A DNA stretch of 64,000 bases, from positions 1-64,000 of the IMG/VR virus record IMGVR_UViG_3300022674_000045. The stretch is one strand, 5' to 3'. Shown piece by piece: positions 1 to 9,980 of the stretch. Each line of letters starts with the position of its first letter. Within the stretch, counting starts at the first letter, position 1. The stretch comes from a virus. Under the pieces are notes generated by a model. That model saw only the letters and a program-made list of their open reading frames with translations, did no database searches and had not been told where the DNA came from. The position numbers and the translations under genes were made by a program.

Positions 1-2
1 GT

Positions 3-1106
3 ACATCAGGATCCTCAGGATCTTCTGGCTCATCGGGATCGTCTGGGTCGTCTGGAACGAGCGGAACGGCTGGTAGCTCGGGTACGTCAGGCAGTTCGGG
101 ATCTTCGGGATCTTCTGGTTCATCTGGAACATCGGGGATAGATGGAAATGATGGTACATCGGGTAGTTCAGGAACATCTGGATCAAGTGGAACATCTGGA
201 GATGGATTTATATGGAGGGATAGTTGGGTAGATGGTACTTCATATGTAACTAATGATGTAGTATTAAATAACGGCGTTCTCTATATTGCTATAGCTGATA
301 ATATAGCAAGTGCTTCGAATGAACCAGGTGGTGGAGGTAGTTGGGAAGACTATTGGGAAGTCTTTTTACCGGCTGGATCAAGTGGAACTTCAGGATCAAG
401 TGGATCAAGTGGCACAAGCGGGTCTTCGGGTATATCAGGTACATCAGGATCAAGTGGATCAAGTGGTTCATCCGGAACTTCTGGATCAAGTGGATCAAGT
501 GGTAGTTCAGGAACATCCGGAACTTCTGGATCAAGTGGAAGCTCTGGTTCATCTGGATCAAGTGGTAGTTCAGGAACATCCGGAACTTCTGGATCAAGTG
601 GTAGTTCAGGAACATCAGGATCATCTGGTAGTAGTGGGTCAAGCGGAAGCTCAGGTACCAGTGGTAGTTCTGGGTCATCAGGTTCAAGTGGTTCAAGTGG
701 AAGTTCAGGCACATCAGGTTCATCAGGAACTTCATTTGAAGATGAAGATTATGCAGAATCCTTAACTACATCTTCAACAACCAGTACAACATATACACAG
801 AAATTATCTCTAACTTATAATGCACCTGTAACAGGAGATTATCATATAAGTTGGTATGCTGAATTAAATGAACCTGAAACAGGCTTTTTCTCAAATAGAA
901 CATGTCTTGCAAGAGTTCAACTAAACAACACAACTGATCTTGGTCAAGTTGAAGTTGGTTCTGATAGAGATGTTTGGTTTCCATTTGGAGGATTTACAAC
1001 AATTAATTTAACAGCAGGAAATAATACAATTGATATGGATTATGCAAGTAGTGAGGCAGCAACGGTTTCAATTAGACGAGCAAGAATAGAAGTATGGAGA
1101 GTATAA
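3..1106 (+). CDS. 5'-truncated Gly-Ser/Thr collagen-like virion fibre protein with a CBM5/12-like insert and a C-terminal beta-sandwich domain (absent from ORF track)
   Basis: Frame 3 is open from the window edge to TAA at 1104-1106. It has (G-S/T-S)n tracts, a WRDSWVDGTSYVTNDVVLNNGVLYIAIA...WE motif typical of CBM5/12-like fibre modules, and ends ...TINLTAGNNTIDMDYASSEAATVSIRRARIEVWRV*. Confidence 0.8.
   Translation, partial: TSGSSGSSGSSGSSGSSGTSGTAGSSGTSGSSGSSGSSGSSGTSGIDGNDGTSGSSGTSGSSGTSGDGFIWRDSWVDGTSYVTNDVVLNNGVLYIAIADNIASASNEPGGGGSWEDYWEVFLPAGSSGTSGSSGSSGTSGSSGISGTSGSSGSSGSSGTSGSSGSSGSSGTSGTSGSSGSSGSSGSSGSSGTSGTSGSSGSSGTSGSSGSSGSSGSSGTSGSSGSSGSSGSSGSSGTSGSSGTSFEDEDYAESLTTSSTTSTTYTQKLSLTYNAPVTGDYHISWYAELNEPETGFFSNRTCLARVQLNNTTDLGQVEVGSDRDVWFPFGGFTTINLTAGNNTIDMDYASSEAATVSIRRARIEVWRV
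375..734 (+). repeat. (Gly-X-Ser)n coding tandem repeat, ~40 triplets
   Basis: GGN-(TCN/AGY/ACN)-(TCN/AGY) period-9 repeat; contains a 48-nt exact direct repeat at 491-538 and 554-601. Confidence 0.95.
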
Positions 1107-1109
1107 TAA

Positions 1110-4100
1110 ATGGCACTAGAATATATTGATAGTACAAATGCAGTAATTTACTCAGCATCTGGTGATTTTAATATCCCACCTGCGAATATTTCGTTGACAT
1201 GCTTACATGTTGAAACACATGCCGTCTTTTCGACTGATTTTATTGCAGTTTTTAGAGAAGAGGATGTTGTTCTGTTTTTATTTACTCATCCATTGGATAG
1301 TGGGGAACACACACAGTTAGATACAATTGTTTCTAATCATACAGGAAATTGCCCAGAAAAGACAGCAGAAGAAACTGATGTAATTGAAATAGGAAATTCA
1401 CAAGAAGGGCAAACTCTTATTTATGATGCAACGTCTAATTCTTATATAAATACATTTATGAGTCATGATGCTTTAACAAACCTGACTGCTGATGATCACG
1501 AACAATATTTGAGAACAGATGGTGGTAGAGAATTGTCTGCTGATTGGGATGCTGGAGATCATGAGATTCGTGCCGACCAAGGATTCCAAAAAGGAGATTC
1601 TCAAGTTGATTTATCTGTTTATGGTCTTATTACAGCACTATTGACAGGTGGAGAATTAACAGTCAATGGTGGTGATAATACACTTCTTGATATTGAAGCA
1701 GGAACAGGAATTTTTGTTGATTTTTCTAATACCTCTAATCCATATATTGACACATTTTCATGGGATGCTCAAACAGTTGATCCCGTCCTTGATACAAGAA
1801 GAAGTAGCTGGATTGGTGTTTCTTTAGATGGAACAGCAAAGGTTGTTGCAGCATTTACTGCTATTGAACTAAGAGATACTGTAGTACTTGGTAGATGTTG
1901 GGGGGATGGATCTGGAGTTATTTCTACAGCAAAGAACTACAAAACAGCTGCTCCCTACTTCTTTAATACTGTTGAAGATCTTGTTTCCTCATTGGGGTCT
2001 ATTAACTCAAATGGAAATGTTTATTCTCGTAGTACATTATCTTCAATGAAATTACAAAGAAGTTCTGGTAAAGCATTTAGATTCGCTGCAAATTATGACA
2101 ATACACCTATAAGCCCGAATGTTTATACTTCTCCAGATGAAGATCCAGAAACGAGTTATAGTTACCATGTTCCAGGGCAACAAACAACAATTTCAAAAAC
2201 CAATATAGACCCTGAATATTATTATGATGATACAACGGCTGCATTGGTAGCAGTCCCAACAGATAAGTGGACTATACAAAGAGTTTATTACTTCCCTGTT
2301 TCTAATACTACCCACGTTACATACGGTGAAAAATATTATGATTCAGAGAGTTTAGCATACGATGGTGTTATTAATGATTCTGTAACTCTTAATACAGATA
2401 TTCTTGATGGTTCAATTTTAAGAGCATACTTACTTATACAACAAGGTTGTATTGATCTTAATAGTTCAAAGTGTTCTATTAAAACAGCATATACAGATCC
2501 AGGATTACTTCCAGGATTTACAAACCATGGAGACTTGGGTGGTTTACTAAATGATGATCATCCACAATATCATAATGATGCCCGTGGTGATGATAGATAT
2601 TATCAAAAAGCATATATTGAGCAATCAGTAAACATTAAATATACATATCCACCATTAACTCCACCGAGTTATCCATTTAATGTGAAGACAGCATTAGATT
2701 ATCAATATATATTTGATGCTGATACTGGGTATAGTGGTAGAGTGTCACCAGAAATTGTTTTATCTTGGGATGGAACCAATACAAATAATATTGTTGTTGC
2801 AGCAGGATCTGGTTATATTGCTGATGGAGATAATTTTTATAGAGTAATTTGGAGTGAAGCAACATTTGTTGGTATTGGGGATTTACCACAAGGTAATTAT
2901 TATTTCTATGTCGATAGCAATGGGGTTGTTAATTATACATCTACATTACCAGAATCATTTGGTATTATTAAATTGGGTAGTGCATTGTCGGCTGGAATTG
3001 GACTGATTCCGAGTATTGTTCAATGCCCATGTTTTATTGACTCTGCTGGAAATAGAGTTGCAAATACTTTATTTTCTATGGGGACTTTTATTCATCTTGA
3101 TGAAAGTGGACGGGCACAAGTTTCAAGTAATAATGATTTAGCTTTAACATTTACACAGGCTAATGTTCATTGGGGATTAGACGAGAAAGACTTTCCTGAA
3201 CTTGATACTTATAATGAGGCATATGCTTTTCCAGTTGAAAAAGTCGGTAATGTTTTTAAAGTTAATACTGGAGATTTCCTTCCAAACTATTGGTTTTCAA
3301 GTTCACTTCCTGGTGGTGGAGGAGGGCATGGTATTCTCGATCCAACAAGATGGAATGATACAACACAACCACCATTTACATTAGTTTCAAATTCATTTAC
3401 GTTCACAAATGGAAGTAATATTGTTACTGTTGAAAATTTAGATTCAACTTCTGTATTGGATCATCATTTTATCTATTCTTCAAATGATTCTTTACTAAAT
3501 ATGACTCCAATTGCAAAAGATGGAATTGATACAACAGGAACAACAACTACAATAACCCTTGAAGGAAATTATTCAGGAACTACAGGAACTAGTAATGCTT
3601 ATGTTATTACTGCATTACCAAGAATGGATGATGGAAAATATACAAAATCTCTTGCTCTTAGAGTTTATGACCAATATGGTAGTGTCTATATAGCATACGG
3701 TCAAGCTCAATATGATTCTGAAGATGATGCTAGAAGTGCTTCAGTTCCAGGAGTACCTGATTATATTCAATATTATGATGTGAAAATTGCAGCTTTGATT
3801 TCATCAAATCAAACTACATCATGGGTTGGAAACATTTATGACTTAAGACCTTTACCATTTTTTAGAGAAGGATCTATTGGTGGTGCTGGTGGTGGTGCTG
3901 TAATTACCTCGCATAGCTCATTAAGTGATTTAGACCATGATGATCACTTACAATACTTGCGTACAGATGGAACAAGGGATTTAACTGGAGTACAAAGTTA
4001 TGCTTCTCATCCAACATTCACATTAGATACACAATTGGTTGATAAGAAATATGTTGACGATTATTCAGTTTCTTCAACTGGTGGAAATCTAACTGACAAC

Positions 4101-5708
4101 TCAATTATTCGTGGGGATGGTGGAACAAAGAATGTTCAAGATTCTGATCAATGGACAATTTCAGATGATGGAGCAATGGTTTCTTCTGCGTCAGGTCTTG
4201 CAGATGGAACTCCATTAATATCATTACAAAATACTGGATCTAATGCTCGTAGTCTACTTGAGTTGAAAAATGCTACTGGTACAGATTTGTTTGATTTCCG
4301 TATGGATGCTTCTCAAGATCCTATTTTAAGAGTGTTGGATACCGATGGTTATTATCCATTGGCAATTAATGATGCATCTGTAAAAGTTGGTCCTACATCA
4401 AACTTGGCAGATTCTAATTTTACATTGTTGGTTGATACTGGAAAATTAGGTATCAGTAATGCATCAAATGAAAAGATTGGAATTCAAGCTCCGGCTTCTC
4501 TTGTAGATTATATATTAACACTTCCACCAAATGATGGTGATAATGAACAAGTATTGCAGACAGATGGTAATGGTGTTCTTACGTGGGTTGATAAAGATAC
4601 TGGACCTTCTGGAACATCTGGTACAAGTGGGACTTCTGGTACAAGTGGTAGTAGTGGTTCATCTGGAAGTTCAGGTTCATCTGGTATAAGTGGGACTTCT
4701 GGTACATCTGGAATAGATGGAACATCAGGTAGTTCAGGAACATCAGGTACAAGTGGATCTAGTGGATCTTCTGGTAGTAGTGGTTCATCTGGATCTAGTG
4801 GAACAAGTGGAACTTCTGGTAGTAGTGGTACATCTGGTACATCAGGTTCTAGTGGAAGTTCTGGAAGTAGTGGTACATCGGGAACTTCGGGTAGCTCGGG
4901 GTCATCTGGATCTAGTGGTTCATCAGGTAGTTCAGGATCTAGTGGAAGCTCAGGTTCTTCAGGAACAAGTGGTTCAGATGCTATTACAAAATTTGTTGGA
5001 ACAATTTCATCTTGGACATTATCTGGTGGACTGTATTATGGAGATATAGCACACAATCTTAATACATTAGATGTGGTTGTTGAAGCATATACTACATCAG
5101 ATTCATATACAGTTGGAGTTGAGCAGGTTGAAAGAATTAATGTCAATACAGTTCGAATCTGGTCAGCTACAAATACTGAGAATGTTAGAGTTGTTGTAAT
5201 TGGAACAAACATAGGAACAGGTGGAGGGACATCTGGTACATCAGGAACTAGTGGAGCAACAGGAGCTGCTGGTTCATCAGGTACTTCAGGTACAAGTAGT
5301 GCTGGTCTGTCATTGACTCTACCAGGAACAAACCAAACAGCTACAGGTGTAACTATAAGTGCTACAGTTGATGTTAATGCAGTTGGTTTTGGAGCATCTT
5401 TATTTATGGCAGCAGACGGGCACTTTGAAACAACTGATGCCGATGCATCAGCAACAATGCCATGTAGAGCTTTGGCACTAGAGACTGGAACAGGAACGAA
5501 ACAAATTATTCTTCAAGGTCTTATTAGAAATGATTCTTGGAGTTGGACTACTGGTCAAAGTTTATATGTAAGTCAAACAACAGGTTTGTTGACACATACT
5601 GCTCCATCTGGATCATCAAAATTTGTACAAAAGGTCGGATTTGCCTGGTCATCAACTATTGTTTATTTTAACCCAGGCGATTGGACAGTGGTGGAGACTA
5701 CTCCATAA
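1110..5708 (+). CDS. Large tail fibre/virion appendage protein (1532 aa) with three HxxLxxLxxDDHxQY repeats and a GSS/GTS collagen-like tract
   Basis: ORF track; repeated DDHxQY motifs near 1461, 2523 and 3909; duplicated beta-rich module; GXX tract at 4602-4976; virion gene context. Confidence 0.75.
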   Translation: MALEYIDSTNAVIYSASGDFNIPPANISLTCLHVETHAVFSTDFIAVFREEDVVLFLFTHPLDSGEHTQLDTIVSNHTGNCPEKTAEETDVIEIGNSQEGQTLIYDATSNSYINTFMSHDALTNLTADDHEQYLRTDGGRELSADWDAGDHEIRADQGFQKGDSQVDLSVYGLITALLTGGELTVNGGDNTLLDIEAGTGIFVDFSNTSNPYIDTFSWDAQTVDPVLDTRRSSWIGVSLDGTAKVVAAFTAIELRDTVVLGRCWGDGSGVISTAKNYKTAAPYFFNTVEDLVSSLGSINSNGNVYSRSTLSSMKLQRSSGKAFRFAANYDNTPISPNVYTSPDEDPETSYSYHVPGQQTTISKTNIDPEYYYDDTTAALVAVPTDKWTIQRVYYFPVSNTTHVTYGEKYYDSESLAYDGVINDSVTLNTDILDGSILRAYLLIQQGCIDLNSSKCSIKTAYTDPGLLPGFTNHGDLGGLLNDDHPQYHNDARGDDRYYQKAYIEQSVNIKYTYPPLTPPSYPFNVKTALDYQYIFDADTGYSGRVSPEIVLSWDGTNTNNIVVAAGSGYIADGDNFYRVIWSEATFVGIGDLPQGNYYFYVDSNGVVNYTSTLPESFGIIKLGSALSAGIGLIPSIVQCPCFIDSAGNRVANTLFSMGTFIHLDESGRAQVSSNNDLALTFTQANVHWGLDEKDFPELDTYNEAYAFPVEKVGNVFKVNTGDFLPNYWFSSSLPGGGGGHGILDPTRWNDTTQPPFTLVSNSFTFTNGSNIVTVENLDSTSVLDHHFIYSSNDSLLNMTPIAKDGIDTTGTTTTITLEGNYSGTTGTSNAYVITALPRMDDGKYTKSLALRVYDQYGSVYIAYGQAQYDSEDDARSASVPGVPDYIQYYDVKIAALISSNQTTSWVGNIYDLRPLPFFREGSIGGAGGGAVITSHSSLSDLDHDDHLQYLRTDGTRDLTGVQSYASHPTFTLDTQLVDKKYVDDYSVSSTGGNLTDNSIIRGDGGTKNVQDSDQWTISDDGAMVSSASGLADGTPLISLQNTGSNARSLLELKNATGTDLFDFRMDASQDPILRVLDTDGYYPLAINDASVKVGPTSNLADSNFTLLVDTGKLGISNASNEKIGIQAPASLVDYILTLPPNDGDNEQVLQTDGNGVLTWVDKDTGPSGTSGTSGTSGTSGSSGSSGSSGSSGISGTSGTSGIDGTSGSSGTSGTSGSSGSSGSSGSSGSSGTSGTSGSSGTSGTSGSSGSSGSSGTSGTSGSSGSSGSSGSSGSSGSSGSSGSSGTSGSDAITKFVGTISSWTLSGGLYYGDIAHNLNTLDVVVEAYTTSDSYTVGVEQVERINVNTVRIWSATNTENVRVVVIGTNIGTGGGTSGTSGTSGATGAAGSSGTSGTSSAGLSLTLPGTNQTATGVTISATVDVNAVGFGASLFMAADGHFETTDADASATMPCRALALETGTGTKQIILQGLIRNDSWSWTTGQSLYVSQTTGLLTHTAPSGSSKFVQKVGFAWSSTIVYFNPGDWTVVETTP
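4602..4976 (+). repeat. (Gly-X-Ser)n coding tandem repeat, ~125 aa
   Basis: Direct translation GPSGTSGTSGTSGTSGSSGSS... Confidence 0.95.
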
Positions 5709-6499
5709 TGGCTATTATTAAATTAGGAACAGATACTAATACTTCGTATGCTTCATCGAGTGTGTGGAGTTTCAATTTTACACATACATTAGTTGCTGGA
5801 TCAAATAGAATAATTGTTGTTGGAACTGGTGGAGAAACAACATTAGCCGATACTAGTCCTGTTTGGAATGTTGATAGTATAACATATGGTGGAGCTGCAA
5901 TGACTCAAGCTGTAAGAGTTGTTACAACGGAAACTGGCGGTGGACTATCAAACAATAGTAGTTCTTTATGGTATTTGTTAGAGGCTAATTTACCAGCAAA
6001 TGGGTTACAAACTGTTCAAATAAATGGTTCTGGACCAACATCTGAAATTGAAGTTTGGGGGGTTTGTACTGAATATGGTGGAGTTTATCAAGGGGGTCCA
6101 TTAACAAATGGAGTATTTATAAATTCTACTGCCCCAAGTAATACTATAACAAATACAATTTCTGCTCCAAAGGGATCTTTGGTTAGATCGTCATATGTTT
6201 GTGGAAACACTGGATCTTGGACAGTTAATAATAGTCAGGTTGAAATTATAGATGATTCACAAACAACAACCTCTTATGGATCTTCTGAAAAAGTTGGAGC
6301 AGTTGGAAACGAAACATCATTTTCAAGTACATTTGTAGGAACTGTAAACAGATTAACAAGAGTATGTGCGATATTCAGAAGAGCACCATGGAAAGTAAAT
6401 ACTGTTTCTGAAGCTGGATTTGTTCAAAATGTAAATGGTGTTACATATGGAAGTCTTGGCAATGGTCCTCTTGCAAGAATAAATACTTATGATACCTAA
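5708..6499 (+). CDS. Beta-rich virion structural protein
   Basis: ATG at 5708 overlaps the upstream TAA (TAATG); Ser/Thr/Gly-rich beta protein with GSNRIIVVG motif; the 5681 start in the track is less likely. Confidence 0.65.
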   Translation: MAIIKLGTDTNTSYASSSVWSFNFTHTLVAGSNRIIVVGTGGETTLADTSPVWNVDSITYGGAAMTQAVRVVTTETGGGLSNNSSSLWYLLEANLPANGLQTVQINGSGPTSEIEVWGVCTEYGGVYQGGPLTNGVFINSTAPSNTITNTISAPKGSLVRSSYVCGNTGSWTVNNSQVEIIDDSQTTTSYGSSEKVGAVGNETSFSSTFVGTVNRLTRVCAIFRRAPWKVNTVSEAGFVQNVNGVTYGSLGNGPLARINTYDT

Positions 6500-6538
6500 T
6501 GGCGAAAGCCAATGTCGAAAAGACAATAGGGAGATGAT

Positions 6539-7228
6539 ATGGATTGGAAAGGAAAAATAAACTTTGAAACTCGTCCTCAGGTGACGGGTGACAATGTTAT
6601 ATTAACAACAAAAACTGGAGAAATCAATGCAGTAGCATCAAAGGCAACTCCTGCAAGTGCTGATGTTTTATTGATTGAAGATAGTGCTGCCAGTTATGCA
6701 AAAAAGAAAATTACAATCAATTCGATTAAAGGGTTACCAACATTTCAATTTTATGCTGATCAGTTTATGGCACCATGGAATGCCAACTGGGCAGTAAACA
6801 ATTTGGCACCTGCTGCACTTGATACTGTAAATGCTGCTTTGATTGTTAGACGATTTGATGACTCTATTGTTGAGGGTGTTGGGTTCATGGTAAGAGTTCC
6901 ATCAAATGCAACAAGTATAAATTTTGTAATTCAAGGGAGAGCTCAAACAGCGCCAGGAGGTTCTCAAGGTGTTGTGGCTGGTTTGTATAGAAGATTGATT
7001 CCAAACAACTCTGCTGTTGGAGCATGGTCAGCTATTTATAATTTTACAACTTTGACAATACCAACAAATACTAACTTTCAAACAAGTAGTCAAAATGTAA
7101 CTCTTGCAACATTGGGTTTAACAGCAGGTGAGACTTATCAGTTTGAATTTGTTAGAAATGCAACGTCTGGTTCTGATACATTATCAGGTGACTGGAATTT
7201 ATTACTTCTGGGATTGGAGTTTGTATAA
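6539..7228 (+). CDS. Putative virion structural/fibre-associated protein
   Basis: ORF with SD GGGAG; KATPASADVLLIEDSAASYAKKKIT is a common fibre linker motif. Confidence 0.6.
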   Translation: MDWKGKINFETRPQVTGDNVILTTKTGEINAVASKATPASADVLLIEDSAASYAKKKITINSIKGLPTFQFYADQFMAPWNANWAVNNLAPAALDTVNAALIVRRFDDSIVEGVGFMVRVPSNATSINFVIQGRAQTAPGGSQGVVAGLYRRLIPNNSAVGAWSAIYNFTTLTIPTNTNFQTSSQNVTLATLGLTAGETYQFEFVRNATSGSDTLSGDWNLLLLGLEFV

Positions 7229-8532
7229 TGGCAATAAATCTAACTGATACAGGCAATTATATAGACGTCGGAGACTTTGCAGCATTTCAAAATCTTGAAC
7301 CAATAACAATTTGTGCATGGATTTATCCAACTGATTGGGGGGGAGGAAACTACGGACGAATAAGTGATAAGGCATCAAATATTTTCTTCGTAACCAATGC
7401 TGGAGGAACAAACGGTGTTGAAGCTCTGGCTTGGTATAGAACTAGAACTGGAGCAACTACAAACTACAGATCAAACAATAACTCTATCGTTTTAAATACT
7501 TGGCAACACGTTGCAGTATCGAGTACTAGTTCAGGAAGCGTTTTATATATAAATGGTCAACCTGTTTCAAGTTATGTAGTCAGTGATGTTGGAAGTGGTA
7601 CAGTTGATAATGATGTTGGAACAAACTTATATATAGCCAATCGTGCAGATTTGGCACGTAATTTTGAAGGTCAGATGACAGATTATAGAATGTACAATCA
7701 AGCATTGGATGCAGATGCTATTTGGACTATTTATTCATCATTTGGGCATGACAGTATTTTAGATGGTTTGGTTTTAAGATATCCATTTATGGATAAACCG
7801 CCTGGGGCTACTGGTTCAGTTTTTAAATCTGTCAACTCAAATACTGTTGGGGCTGCAACAAATGTGACTGTTAATGTTCCTACTGTAAATGACGGAGATG
7901 GATTACTTGCATTTGTAGCATGTGGTGGGAATGGAAATACTGCTTTAACAGTAACTACACCAACTGGATGGGCATTACTAGGTAGTGTAAATGCACCTTC
8001 TACATTTTCTACACCATCATTGTATGCATTTGGAAGAATTGCTAGTAGTGAACCTGCATCATATAACTTTGTTGCTAGCGGTTCAAACTCTATTGTAGCT
8101 ACAATTGCTGCATATGACAAAGATTATATAAATGTTGTTTCTCCTGTTGTAGGAACAAATTCCGGAACAAGTTCAAGTCCTACAGCTCCAAGTGTTGCTG
8201 CAACTGGTCCATCTAGAGTTATTAGAGCAATGGTTGGGGATTCAAGTAAAAGTGTAACTTATCCGGGCGGAACAATAGGACGATTTACACAATCACAAAC
8301 AGGAACAGGAAATGGTTGTACGTTTGCATTTGCAGATTCGTCTCAGGCTGCCGCCGGGGCTACTGGCACTGGAGTGTTTACTTATGGGTCATCGGACCAA
8401 TGGGGAGCAATGACAATAACCTTTTTAGCAGCCACAAGTGCAGTAAGAGATGTAAGTAATAATAAATTCGATGGAACCGCTGTTCAAGTTTCATACGCTG
8501 AAGATATATTAAGCTATAGGAGAAGAGTATAA
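7228..8532 (+). CDS. LamG/concanavalin-A-like domain virion protein
   Basis: ITICAWIYP...NTWQHVAV...LYING...FEGQMTDYRMYNQAL are canonical LamG motifs. Confidence 0.85.
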   Translation: MAINLTDTGNYIDVGDFAAFQNLEPITICAWIYPTDWGGGNYGRISDKASNIFFVTNAGGTNGVEALAWYRTRTGATTNYRSNNNSIVLNTWQHVAVSSTSSGSVLYINGQPVSSYVVSDVGSGTVDNDVGTNLYIANRADLARNFEGQMTDYRMYNQALDADAIWTIYSSFGHDSILDGLVLRYPFMDKPPGATGSVFKSVNSNTVGAATNVTVNVPTVNDGDGLLAFVACGGNGNTALTVTTPTGWALLGSVNAPSTFSTPSLYAFGRIASSEPASYNFVASGSNSIVATIAAYDKDYINVVSPVVGTNSGTSSSPTAPSVAATGPSRVIRAMVGDSSKSVTYPGGTIGRFTQSQTGTGNGCTFAFADSSQAAAGATGTGVFTYGSSDQWGAMTITFLAATSAVRDVSNNKFDGTAVQVSYAEDILSYRRRV

Positions 8533-8533
8533 A

Positions 8534-9121
8534 ATGGCATCAGTATTAAATAAAATTACACTAGAATATATTCCGAGTGCTAATACTCCTGATTATCCTG
8601 ATTCTGACTGGATTATAAATCCAGATGTATCACAAGTAATTAATGTTCCAAGAAAATATTGGAAATTAGATGGAGAAACTCCAATTGAAATGTCGGAAGA
8701 AGAAAAATCTCAAGTTGATTTAGATAAAGCTAATATAGAAACAAAAATTGATTCTCCTATTTTAATTGGTTATAAACTTGGAGATGATTTATCAACTAAT
8801 TCAATTATAATGCAAAATTGTATTTCTTTAGATGTAGAAATAAACAGAATTGGTTCTTATAAAATTGAGTGGATTTATGATTGGGCATGTTCTAATAATA
8901 ATTATAAATTTAAAATGAATGTTGAAATTTTAGGAGACTCTATTATTAAAACATTTGAAGAAGTGCCTTATTCATCAGATGTATTTTTATCTGTATCTGA
9001 TTTTACTACAGTTGATTTAACTGCTGGTACTTATACCATTAATCTAAATTATTGTAGTGAAAATCTAAACAATAGTAGTAAAATTAAAAATTGTAAAATG
9101 TTTGTTTGGAGGATTAAATAA
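8534..9121 (+). CDS. Virion-associated protein with C-terminal beta-sandwich paralogous to that of the 3-1106 protein
   Basis: Shared GxYxIxW...FTT[IV][ND]LTAG..TI...Y.S...I......VWR motif. Confidence 0.6.
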   Translation: MASVLNKITLEYIPSANTPDYPDSDWIINPDVSQVINVPRKYWKLDGETPIEMSEEEKSQVDLDKANIETKIDSPILIGYKLGDDLSTNSIIMQNCISLDVEINRIGSYKIEWIYDWACSNNNYKFKMNVEILGDSIIKTFEEVPYSSDVFLSVSDFTTVDLTAGTYTINLNYCSENLNNSSKIKNCKMFVWRIK

Positions 9122-9966
9122 TGAATTATCAATACACTTTTCCTATTAGCGATTTTCCAAACAATAAAGTTAATATACCTTCTTTATCATATGAAATTCA
9201 ATCATCTAGTATTGAAGCTGCATTAGATTATATAAATTCGTCTAATAGTGTTTGTGATATATTTTTTAAACAAGAGCTTCTTACTGACAGTACTTCCGTA
9301 TTAGCTTCTATTGTTTCTGAACATCAAGGAAAATCAATTTCATCCACCGCTCCAGTAACTCCAGATGGTGTTCCAATTGTAAGATCAGATTCAAGACCTT
9401 TAAATACAGAAACATATTTTACAATGTGTGGTGACAGCACAGCAATTGGAGACGGTAAAATTTTAAAATGGGATTTTTCAAATGATGATGATTTATATGA
9501 GGGTCCGGAAATACCATCTGGATTTAAAGCTAAACACATTTCAATTGAATTTTGTTGCCCAGTATTTTTAAAAGATGGAACTATATATTTCTATGATGCG
9601 CCGTGGGGTTGTTATGTAAGTATGTTTGTTGGTATCCCTGCTGGAAACTATTACCCAAATCCAGCAGGTCCAATACCTGCGGCAGCACTTGGTTTAACTG
9701 GAAGTCAAATGTATGCTTATACAGATGTTGATATTCCATATCAATCATATTTGATGAAACATCATATGTATGGTTCTTGCCCAATGGGTGATGAGTTAAA
9801 TGCTGAAGGTGCTGCATTATATCCTGTTCCTATTGGGTGGCATGTATGTGGTCTTATTGTGACGCCTGATAGTGATAATATAAGTAAAGGATATGGTGAG
9901 TTAGAAATGTATAGATGCCATACAATGTTGTTACCAGGTCAGACGCTTGAAAGTTTACATGGATAA
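9121..9966 (+). CDS. Hypothetical virion protein
   Basis: ORF coupled to the upstream gene (TAATG). Confidence 0.6.
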   Translation: MNYQYTFPISDFPNNKVNIPSLSYEIQSSSIEAALDYINSSNSVCDIFFKQELLTDSTSVLASIVSEHQGKSISSTAPVTPDGVPIVRSDSRPLNTETYFTMCGDSTAIGDGKILKWDFSNDDDLYEGPEIPSGFKAKHISIEFCCPVFLKDGTIYFYDAPWGCYVSMFVGIPAGNYYPNPAGPIPAAALGLTGSQMYAYTDVDIPYQSYLMKHHMYGSCPMGDELNAEGAALYPVPIGWHVCGLIVTPDSDNISKGYGELEMYRCHTMLLPGQTLESLHG

Positions 9967-9980
9967 AGGAGAAATAAGAG

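Noticed and set aside
1-735. Possible CRISPR array or non-coding tandem repeat
   Set aside because: Period-9 degenerate coding repeat with synonymous variation; no constant repeat with unique spacers
289-765. ORFs 289-735(-), 310-765(+) and 350-712(-) with repetitive sequences
   Set aside because: Shadow frames of the GSS/GTS repeat; the real gene is frame 3 (3-1106)
4717-5049. 110-aa V/Q/H/L-rich ORF
   Set aside because: Alternate frame of the second GSS tract
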